A stretch of 59,052 bases of DNA, the filler included, from Sphacelaria rigidula (Eukaryota): assembly GCA_964200075.2 (NCBI GenBank). It is 7 parts of 7 records of this genome, joined end to end, with 100 filler letters (N's around TTAATTAATTAA, not from the genome) between each part and the next. Parts side by side here need not be neighbours in the genome. Positions count along the whole stretch, not along the records: positions 42,254 to 50,603 come from CAXNAA020011433.1; positions 50,704 to 59,052 come from CAXNAA020011434.1; 5 more parts are not named here. One strand, given 5' to 3'. Numbering within the stretch: position 1 is the stretch's first letter; each line of letters starts with the position of its first letter. Below are positions 49,900 through 59,052 of this stretch, one piece after another. The notes under the pieces were generated by a model that was not told the DNA's origin, did no database searches, and worked only from the letters and a program-made list of their open reading frames with translations. The position numbers were made by a program, and so were the translations under genes.

Positions 49900-51547
49900 A
49901 CGTAGTGTGTGTTGAGAAGGTGAACAGCGAGGATTTCAGAACGTGAAAATTGCAGACACCAGTAATCCGTCTAGGGGTCATGCTTGCAGGTGTAACGTGG
50001 TGAAAAGGGATTGACACCAGTGTATTTCATTACCAAGGCGCGGCGCCCACCACGTCGTCATGACCGCACCGATGAACGCATGCTCAGTACTTACATGTAC
50101 CAGCTGCGAGGAAGACTCGCAGACGACTTACTGGTGTCTGAATTACATAGTATTGAAATCCTTGCTCTCATCCTTTTTCGGGGAACACTGCGCTATCGTC
50201 GTGTCGCTGTCCTGCGGACACGTCGGCCCCAGGGTATTGAAACTCCGATGCGATCCTAAAGCACGCGGTCTGAACATGCGGTACACGGCAAAGTGTCTCG
50301 GTAGCGACCGATCCAACGTCAGAAGGAAGTGGCAATACAGAGCGTGGGAGCACGCTTTTGACCAAACCTGCGAGCAAAAACAGAAGAAGTCTCCTAGTTC
50401 TCACTCGCCATGATACGATGTGATGCGGGCAGACTGATGAGTGCCCGCCTGCCGTATGCTTCATGTTCAATTCCAGCGAGAAACATGCAAGCGTTTCGAG
50501 TGCCCACGCGACTGGAAGCCCATCGACGACGACCGAAAGGAGTGTCGCGGCGAGTGAGACAAAGACGAAGCATACGACCAGGGTGAAGGACGAGGAGTGA
50601 GGGNNNNNNNNNNNNNNNNNNNNNNNNNNNNNNNNNNNNNNNNNNNNTTAATTAATTAANNNNNNNNNNNNNNNNNNNNNNNNNNNNNNNNNNNNNNNNN
50701 NNNACTTTCAAATCACATTTCTAAAAATTGAGCAAAAACATTGAGATAAGGCCTAAGAGCAACGTTCATTTCTCCCCAAAACTCCACTAAAAACGCGAAA
50801 AAAAATGAAGAAAAAAAATAAAATAAAGAAAATGAAGAAAAAAGTGAAAAGGGCAGCAAGTACTTTTTATTTATTTATTATGCACTAGCCGTCCACCACA
50901 CGAAATTTTATAGAACAACTCTCAAAAACTGAGACGCAATATCCAGATTCAGGGCATGTAGTGCCTCTGCTCGTAATATATTGGTTCTAGTATGGAAAGT
51001 TATGTGCGCCATATCTCGGGATATATGAAGGTGAGGGTATCTATCGTCTCCCCTTGCTCCAGAGAACGTCTACACCAAAAATCGTCGTCATCCGCTGAAA
51101 GCATCGATCTGGGGTATCATAAAAAATTTAGTATGGACGCCATCTCTGTTATGTGTAGGAATTACTAGACATGGGGTTTAATCAACGAGAAAATATGGGC
51201 CCAAACTATTAAGCAGATGGGCACCTTCCCCTTGGTTAGACGATTAATACGATATGATCATGGCCCAACTCGTCTGTGTTGATGACATATTACTGTGAGA
51301 GCTTAAATTTGTGTGTAGGCTGGCCCAGCTCGTAGGGATGCGGGGTCAAAGGTCATGAGACCACGGCATGCATGATCATGAGTAGTACCCCGCCCCCCAC
51401 GTATTCGTCACACCTTGTTACCGTTTCGAGCTCTGTGTCCTGTGCCCGCATGCCCGTAACATCATTTCTTTCCGAGTGTTTGATTTTGGTTGATTCGACT
51501 CTTTGTCGCAGATTGCCTGACATCCTAAAATGGCAATATGAACATAC

Positions 51548-51754
51548 CAAGGGTAGGTCGAGTAGAGTATACTCAATTGCGGGGTATTTTGAAAGTCGTA
51601 CTTGGAGTACCCAAATTGGGGGTAGAGTTTCAGGAATCGCTTCCCAGCTATTTTTCAAGGGTACGACTCCCATCACTCTACCCTCACTTGAGTACCCCAA
51701 GTACGTACTTCAAAATACCCCGCAATTGAGTATACTCTACTCGACCTTACCTTG
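51548..51754. mobile_element. Palindromic MITE with CAAGG...CCTTG ends and an 8-bp TSD (P- or hAT-like)
   Basis: About 60-bp TIRs; perfect TSD GAACATAC. Confidence 0.9.
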
Positions 51755-52223
51755 GAACATACCAAAGGTGAAAAATAAATATAAATCTTGAACAGTCACG
51801 AGAGGAAATCTGTGACTTGTGAATCGATCAATGAGGACCTTGCAGACTTCGTTGAAGGCCGGGTTGTCAGTTCTTCTTGCACCTACCTACCTCATCTTGG
51901 TTTCTTCTCACGGGCGAAGCAGGGCACCTCTCGACCGTTTCCATTTGCGATTCTTCACGCGCTTTTGCTGCTGTTGTCTTATTCATGGACACTCGATATT
52001 TGAATTGTATGTCCCCCAACACACGAACTGCCCCTTGTCTTCAATTCCATTCGACGGAGCGATAGTATCCTTGTTGCCTCCTCCGGATTTTTCCATCGGA
52101 AGGCCGCTCCCTCTAACAGACAAAAATGAAAATCTGGCAAAGTGCCTTTCTTGGAGGTTTTACGTCGTTTCACGCCCCCAAAAAGAGCTAGGCGGATTTG
52201 GAATTACTGTCGGTACTCATTGA

Positions 52224-52658
52224 GACGGTTCCACGGGCAGGTCCGGTAGAGAAAACTCAATTGCGGGGTATTTCGAAAGTCGTGCTTGAAGTACACAGAT
52301 TGGGGATAGTGTTTTAGGGATCGCTTTCCAGTTTTTTTTTGGGTAGGACTCCTCACATTTCACCCTAATTTGAGTACCTCAAGTACGTCTTTGGAAATAC
52401 CCCGCAATTCAGTATACTCTACTCGACCTGCCCTTGGACGGTTCCAGCACGCCTGTGCGTTTTCCCGGTGGCTGCAGTTTATTTCCTGCCCAGACTTGCA
52501 TTTTTCTCGGAGATCGCTCATTTTTTTGGGGACGGGTCAACGGCAGAAAAACTTCGCATATATATACGTGGACTTGAGCGATCTCCGAGAAAAATGCAAG
52601 TCTGAGCAAGAAAAGAACTGCGGTCACCGTAAAAACGCACAGGTGTGTTTGAACCGCC
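52224..52658. mobile_element. PIF/Harbinger (Tourist)-like MITE with about 85-bp TIRs, interrupted by 52232-52436
   Basis: GACGGTTCCAGCACGCCTGTGCGTTTT..CAGACTTGCATTTTTCTCGGAGATCGCTCA versus TGAGCGATCTCCGAGAAAAATGCAAGTCTG..GTGTTTGAACCGCC; flanks TGA / TTA. Confidence 0.7.
52232..52436. mobile_element. Second copy of that MITE, inserted in the left TIR of a Harbinger-like MITE
   Basis: Homologous to 51548-51754; perfect TSD GACGGTTC. Confidence 0.9.
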
Positions 52659-52948
52659 TTACCGGATACCGCAAGTCGTTCCGAGGTGGCGAAATCCGCC
52701 TAGCTCTCTAGTAGGGCGTAAATCGGCTTGAAAGCTCCAAAAAGTACTTTGTCCAGATTTATAATTCTTGTGTGCTGTAAGGAGCGGCCTAAATGGGACG
52801 AGGTGTTTTTTCGTTGTGTACTTGACCGGACTGCCTTTTTTGGGGGGGGGGGTTGCTGCCGATGATCAAACTGCCGGGACTATATCCAGGGCTGTGGCCC
52901 GTGACACTCACTTACATCTGCCTCGTTTTTGGGTTTGTGTTATGTCAG

Positions 52949-53034
52949 GTGTTCGCGTTCTACCTCGGGAACCAAAACGATGGCGAGCTCATCCTGGGCG
53001 GCACGGACCCCAACCACTACGACGGTGAAATCAG
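52949..53034 (+). CDS. Aspartic protease (pepsin/cathepsin D family A1) exon: VFAFYLGNQNDGELILGGTDPNHYDGEI
   Basis: Typical FxFYL..GELxLGGxD..Y.G motif; tgtcag| and |gtatgt sites; ends in phase 2. Confidence 0.93.
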
Positions 53035-53478
53035 GTATGTAGCGCCCCGTGTTTCATTGTCCGTCGCGGGCGAGTCGTAGAAAGTTCGAGTTGAGGAGAG
53101 GTGTGTGGATTTTTCGGCAGGTGCATGCGATGAACTGAATCCATTCGGGTCTCGTACGCAGCTATCGCCAGACAGTCGTGTTGGACGTCTATAACCGACG
53201 TGTCGGGCTCCCCTTGACACCCAGCGCGTTACTCTACTTGTGCAATCCTATCCCTGTGTCGTATATATATATACCCGTTTTTCCACGCGCGCAAAATGCC
53301 GTTCATATTGGTCCAGAGTTGGTGTATACTGTCGAGGCGTAGCTGTCAACACTCACTTCAGGCATGCGTTTACCCGATGGTCCTTTATACCTGGTAACAA
53401 GAGCTACTTTCGGCTCCTTCTTCGCTCTATTGGGTATTTCATGGGGTCTACATCGCCCCGGCCGTGACCCCCCCCTCC

Positions 53479-53718
53479 ATAGTTGGGTTGATGGTAGCGA
53501 GAAAACGATTGTTTTTGTGGGAGATGGACGGTGACCACAGACGGCGAAACAAGAGGCGAGTATGATCTGTCAAAAGGTTTTGCGTAGTGTACGGAAGAAA
53601 TGCAGTGAGCGCGCAAATATTTTGGATATCTCCATTTGTGGTCGGAACGATGCTTTCCCTCGACAGGGGTGCGCGTGGTCAGAGGTTAAATTACTAAGGC
53701 AAGCAACAGATGAGAACG
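53479..53718 (+). mobile_element. Family E poly(C)-ended LINE 3' end (about 240 bp) in a protease intron
   Basis: Homologous to 56050-56243; direct repeat CCCCCCCCTCC at 53468 and 53723. Confidence 0.75.
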
Positions 53719-53775
53719 CCCCCCCCCCCCTCCCGGTGCTTACCTGGAATTATGCCTTGTTGGTGTCATTGGCAG

Positions 53776-53935
53776 CTACGTGCCCTTGAGCAAGAAGGCC
53801 TACTGGCAGATCGAGATGGACGATGTGGAAGTGTCGGGGTCCTCGGTTGCCAGCACCAAGGCTGCCATTCTTGACTCGGGCACTTCACTACTCGTGGGTC
53901 CTACCGAGGATGTCAAGGCCATCGCCAAACAAGCC
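53776..53935 (+). CDS. Aspartic protease exon with the second catalytic motif AILDSGTS
   Basis: YVPLSKKAYWQIEMD..AILDSGTSLLVGP; phase-compatible AG/GT boundaries. Confidence 0.95.
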
Positions 53936-53964
53936 GTGAGTACTGTAGATGGTTTTCTATCTAA

Positions 53965-53995
<31 letters not shown>

Positions 53996-54615
53996 TTCTT
54001 TTCCTCTCATTTTTTCTTTTCAAACATGTATGCCAGTGTATAAACGCCCGCATAGATGTGCCGGTAATGCGCCGACCGGGCGAGTATTCGCTGTGGATCG
54101 ACGACGCGATGTATCTTGAATGTAACGATATTTATTGCGGTCGGGGCGAGTGGTATGTTTGTCGTAACAGTACTTCTTGTGTCGTACAGTTTGTTTTGTG
54201 TCTGATGCAGCTTGTGTGCCACGCCACCGCTGTTGATGTCGTGAGCATTTTAACGGATTTTCATTCCGCAAGTGCTCCCTGACCTTGTATCAACCATAAT
54301 AATGAAGAATAGTAATGAGAGTGGCGCACCGTTTTGGGTGGCTGCGTCAACAGTTGCAGACAAACAACCATGTCTTGCCCAGGAAAACGTCAATTTAAAA
54401 TCACCATTTTTCCATCAACGGTTTCAGAGATGTGTACCATGTTAATTTATACCACCGGGGCGCGGCGGCGTCAGGAGGTTCAAACTACTTTTGCCTGCAG
54501 TTGATTCGTATCGGCGTTGGTAAACTTCTGTCCCCGTTGTCACACTTGTTACTCATGTGTTGCTCTGACTCCCCCGCCCATGACCCTTGATTATTTTTTG
54601 CCCCGTCACTTGCAG

Positions 54616-54699
54616 GGTGCATTCAAGTTCATCAACGGGGAGTACCTCCTGCCGTGCACGAGTAACCTGCCGCCCCTCACCTTCACCATTGGCGGCGAG
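54616..54699 (+). CDS. Aspartic protease exon: GAFKFINGEYLLPCTSNLPPLTFTIGGE
   Basis: GEY..C..LP.LTFTIGG motif; ttgcag| and |gtgaga, phase 0/0. Confidence 0.93.
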
Positions 54700-55854
54700 G
54701 TGAGATGGAGCTGCTCATGGTCGTCACATGTACAGTTCGCCTCAGGGTCGTTATAATCGGGCACGTCATGCTGTTTTTTTCTTTCAGACTTTTCCGTTGA
54801 AGAAAAAAAAATCCCCGAAGATGTGATGGCAGATTCCTCAACGAGGTCAAGGAACAGAATAATTCAAGACTGAAAACATATTTCTCGCATAATTTAGCGT
54901 CGTCTTCTCATTGTTCGCAAAGCCGGGGATTTTTCCGGAAGAAATTGAACAAGAATCGCGACCCCGGCTGACTTGTCGCGCTTACGTTTGCTTTTTTTTT
55001 TATCGTGACCACGCGGATAATGTGACGTGAAGACTACAGTAGTCAGTCACACTTGGTTACCACGACTCATATAATAGTGGTTTCTGTTTGATTCCAAATT
55101 TTGGGAATCGAGACACATGAGTATCCGTCACAAGCTTTGAAGAAACAAAAATCTAGTAGAAAAGTTGAAGGTGATGAGCGGGCTCACCGGTCTTTGTGGT
55201 CCTACGAGTGTACCACCCCCGTTTATCGCTCTATGATATTTTCGCTTGAACGAACCGATCCCGACAATTACAACGAACAATTTATCGTTTCCAGTTATTC
55301 AAATTTCTCTCTCTCTATATATACACATTGCGCTACAGCTGAAAATCCATTCTTTTGGATCGTATGCTGCGACTCCACCGATTCCCCCTTGCATGAGTTG
55401 GTGATTTGAACCCTGCTTTATAACTGCCACACGTACTCGTCATTTTCTGCCGTGAGACGAAACGTTTGCACGAAGAACACGAGGGGTTCTCCGGTGCTTG
55501 TTGCACACCACTTGATATCCTTGTACTCTTTCTCATCAAGGATAGGTTCGTGTGGCCGAACGCGGCGTGAAAAGAAATGCGGTCAATGACACCGCCTCGA
55601 AAAACGGGTTTCCCCCCTCCGTATCGTTCCGACAACCTAGTATTGAGTAATGTGTTCTGAGCATGACCTTCTTCTTCAACGCCCACCGACTCTCGAACTC
55701 TCGAGCGAAGATGGCAAATCGTCTCTCAAAACAATCTCGATTGAGTGAACACCAGTTTCGGAGTTTGACTAATGTAGATTTCTTCACTAGCGAAGTAAAA
55801 TTTGAGTCCGTTGAATGGCAAGATCCCGTTCATGCTGGTAAATAAGGAAGAACA

Positions 55855-56243
55855 CTTGGAGATATACGGGTGGACCAGTCGTCGAAAAGAGGAGGAAGTA
55901 GATGGACAGAAGTGCCCCACACATATAGTGGCAAAATGTGAACTATACAAGGGGAACGGGACGTGCTAGAGGGGGTAATGCGAGACGTGAACGAAGGTGG
56001 GATGAAATCGTTCAATGCAGTGGACTCTAAGAAGATGACGACGACTATACTGGGAGATAGATGGCCAGAGACGGCGAAACAGGACGGGGATAAGACATGA
56101 AAAGGTTTTTGTGTAGTGTATGGAAGAAACGATTCGAGCGCCGGAATGTTGGAGGTGTCTATTAGGAGTAGGAACGGTGTTTCGTCTCGAAAGGGATGCG
56201 TGGTCAATGGTCACACGACTAAGCCAAGTTGAAAATGAGTACG
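55855..56243 (+). mobile_element. Longest family E LINE 3' remnant, with the C-terminal ORF end and poly(C)
   Basis: Frameshifted reading EEEVDGQKCP-THIVAKCELYKGERDVLEG..TILGDRWPETAKQDGDK..RFLCSVWKKR..SIRSRNG..SRKGCVVNG; ends AAATGAGTACG+C run. Confidence 0.75.
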
Positions 56244-56778
56244 CCCCCCCCCCCCGCCCACCGCCCCCCCCACCACGTCCCCGCCACCGCCTCACCCCCC
56301 CCGCTCCTTACTACAAATCCTCTCTCCCCCTCCCAGCGATCATGGTCCGATGACTACACAACCCTTTTTTGTCGCTCGTCTGCTGAGCTCCATGTTTATC
56401 GAACACTCGTATAAAACCGGATCACTGGTGATGCACCTCTTTTTTTTTGAAAACGTGTACGTGAAGAGAGTATGGGCAAGACTCAAATAAGCCAGGGCTG
56501 ACATCTCCGGGAGTCGCGGGCAGCAGAGTTGATAGCACTCGTGGTGCTGTATAGCTTGTGCAAGACGTTTCTGTTTCGCGTATGCAATTGCTCGATTGCT
56601 CGAATGTGCTGGAATGTAAGATGGCCGTTGAACCAGCCCTCGCGTAAATATGACTGCTGCATCGTGGGTATCAAGATGACTGTGTAGCTGATGCTCCCTT
56701 CCCTTTCCCCTCATCTCAATAACATCCGATTTCTTTATCTAACTCTCAAACGGCAACGAAACTGGATGGGACTACCAG

Positions 56779-56970
56779 CGCTACACGCTGGAAGGCGACG
56801 ACTACATCCTCAGCGCGGGCAACGACAAAGTCTGCATCCTGGCTATCATGGGAATGGACATCGCAGAACCCGCGGGGCCCCTTTGGATCCTGGGCGACGT
56901 GTTCATGCGCAAGTTCTACACTGTGTTCGACTTCGGAAACGAGCAGATCGGGCTTGCTCATGCCGCGTGA
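56779..56970 (+). CDS. Aspartic protease last exon: RYTLEGDDYIL..CILAIMGMDI..GPLWILGDVFMRKFYTVFDFGNEQIGLAHAA*
   Basis: Hallmark WILGDVF.R.FYTVFD...IGLA; taccag| acceptor; stop TGA at 56968-56970. Confidence 0.96.
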   Translation, partial: RYTLEGDDYILSAGNDKVCILAIMGMDIAEPAGPLWILGDVFMRKFYTVFDFGNEQIGLAHAA

Positions 56971-59052
56971 ATTTCCTCCTCTGTGGCACGGGCTCGTGAA
57001 TAGACCCGTGACTTGAGATACGATTTTGGGAATGATGCCAGCGGGAAGAGTACGGCAGGACACGTACGCACGCTCAGCACTGAAGTGTTGTACTAGGCGC
57101 GACTTTTGCCGGCACGTAGCTACCTTTATCCTTCCACGAGGAAACCAGACGCATGATGGCTCACTCGCCGGTTACCGTTGCGTTCTCTTGACTGTGGGCT
57201 TTATGATTACCTTTTTCGTGACGTGCTTATTTCGCTGGCACCAGGGTGTACAGAAGATGTTCAAATTCCTCTCGTGTCGCGGTGGTATGATTGGGTGTTC
57301 TGATGGTTCTATTATTTTGATTCTCAAGTTGTCAAGTTAACTCGTCCAGTAGTACGTTTTGAAATAGAAACGGTGCAAAGCCTAGGGTGAGAGATGGAAG
57401 CCGGAGTGGTATTCGTTGGTGTGAAGGCGGTAGTCGTTGCGCCCTTCGGATTTCAATGCACGGGAGAAGAAGAAAAAGGTTGGAGAGGTGTCATGATCAT
57501 TACGCCACAAGTCCCAGATGCAACGTGGTGAGTATTGTGTGTTGGCCTGGGGTAATCCGTAATTTGTGTACGCGATTCGCCTTCCTCGTAACCACTGTAC
57601 ATCTGGGCAGTTATTTTTTTTGTATTTTTGCTGAGCACCTTGGATTTTTCAACACAGCCTTGAAGCGGAGTATGGAGACGGTTGTCTTCTCTTCCCTCAG
57701 CCGTCCGCCACGTTCGCAATGCCGTGAGATATTGCGGAGATAGATGGTAGCTTCCGCGCTTTTTCTTTGGTCTGTCGCAGGCTCTCGACGCAGCCTGTTG
57801 CGGTGATGCGTTTTCTGTTGGGGTGAGATTCGGGTACAGGGGCGCAGTATACAGGTATTGGGGCACAATAAGTGCATTTAGTCAACCACGCATGGTTTTT
57901 GTGTGCGTGTCTTCTTGGTTTAGTTCCCTGCGAACTGTAGCCCGCAGGAGATGTTCTCTCATGCTCTGTACTTGGAAGAGCTAGCAAGGACGTTGACTGG
58001 GCATAAAGAAGACGTTGTACAGGATCCAGATTAATATTGTTCACATTTTTTGCCCGTGTATGCTATTGGGCCGGAAGTGATGGCGGTGCTGAAGTTATTG
58101 CTGACGAGCTGTCGTGAAAATAGTGGAGAAATGTCGAAGTTGTCATGATTTTGTCTCCCATACGTGTACAGACTTCCTCTCGCGGCTGGTTGTACCATAA
58201 ATGATGCACATCTTACCTTGGGTTGTTGAGCTTGACCGTCGCGCGTGGGTCCCTCATCTCCGTGTCCTATCTTGTCTTTTTTCACATTCGACACGAAATG
58301 ACGATCGTGGGCTTGACCAACAACACGGCGCTATTTCTGATTACATGGATGCGAAAGCTGATCTTGATGAGCTATTTTGAAGGCAACTTCAAAATCGATG
58401 GGGGTTGAGGTCGTATCTTCCCGATACCAAAAAAAAGCGGGAAAAGAAACAGGCGCCCAAAAATAGCATGTTCATTGATCGCCAGGTGGGTTCATGGTTG
58501 GGGTGACTGATCAACATGCTGCTTTTGGACGTATGGTCCTTTTCAAGCTTATTGCGTTCTCGGTCTCGACGTTGATCATAATTATTTCCGCACATAAGTC
58601 CGATCTCTCGAATCTGAGGTCAAACGTACGGTTGATTGCCTTCCCAGTATCGTACCTGCTATTCCTTTCAAGACGTGGGTCCTCGCATTTTGTTTTAGAC
58701 TCCAGGCTTACTACACGAACAGACATCAGAAAACAACTAAAACCGCACCAAAAATGAAAACTAGAAGAAAGATGCCAACAGAACATGTGGGAGGTACGAA
58801 CTGGTCCGGCCTAGACTTAAGCTCTCGGAGCGATTATCTCATCGACAAAGACGAGTTGGGTCGCGACCCAAATATCGTATATCTGCTCAAAAGCCTGGGC
58901 CATTTTTTTTCGTTTAATAAACCCCATATCTAGAAATTTCTATACACTTATTGCGGTATCCCCCCCCTCCCCCCCCTATATGGTGAGACACCCATGAGGC
59001 AGTGCAAAAGCTGTGGCTGTCTCGGGAAGTGGCGATACCAAAAAATAAAGCA

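Noticed and set aside
48004-56970. Joining the signal-peptide exons (48004-49469) to the aspartic protease exons as one gene
   Set aside because: They lie on different contigs separated by an artificial linker. The protease N-lobe (first DTG motif) is simply off-contig, so its absence is not evidence of a half-protease either.

Overview
Eukaryotic, intron-rich, repeat-dense DNA. Gene structure and repeat types suggest a brown alga (Phaeophyceae); this is an inference. The window is not one locus: it is seven pieces of 8351, 8351, 8351, 8350, 8350, 8350 and 8349 bp joined by identical 100-nt N/TTAATTAATTAA/N linkers, i.e. size-sorted unrelated contigs, so nothing can be linked across the linkers. 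Supported gene fragments: (1) two large in-phase exons of a Pro/Thr/Ala-rich repeat protein; (2) the first two exons of METTL22, head-to-head with (3) the first exon of a secretory GT8 glycosyltransferase resembling plant IPUT1; (4) two exons of an unknown secreted protein; (5) the four C-terminal exons of a pepsin/cathepsin D-family aspartic protease. The rest is mostly mobile-element debris: tRNA-derived SINEs, TA-flanked mariner-type elements, hAT-, P-, Harbinger-, piggyBac- and Sola-like MITEs, and LINE remnants. Best leads: (a) two related non-LTR families whose 5'-truncated copies end in poly(C) a few bases after the ORF stop and are flanked by C-run-containing target duplications; (b) a cluster of TGT...ACA MITEs carrying TTAGGG-type repeats; (c) a repeat protein with regularly spaced KR dibasic sites suggestive of a peptide precursor. 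All family assignments are by motif recognition; no searches were run.
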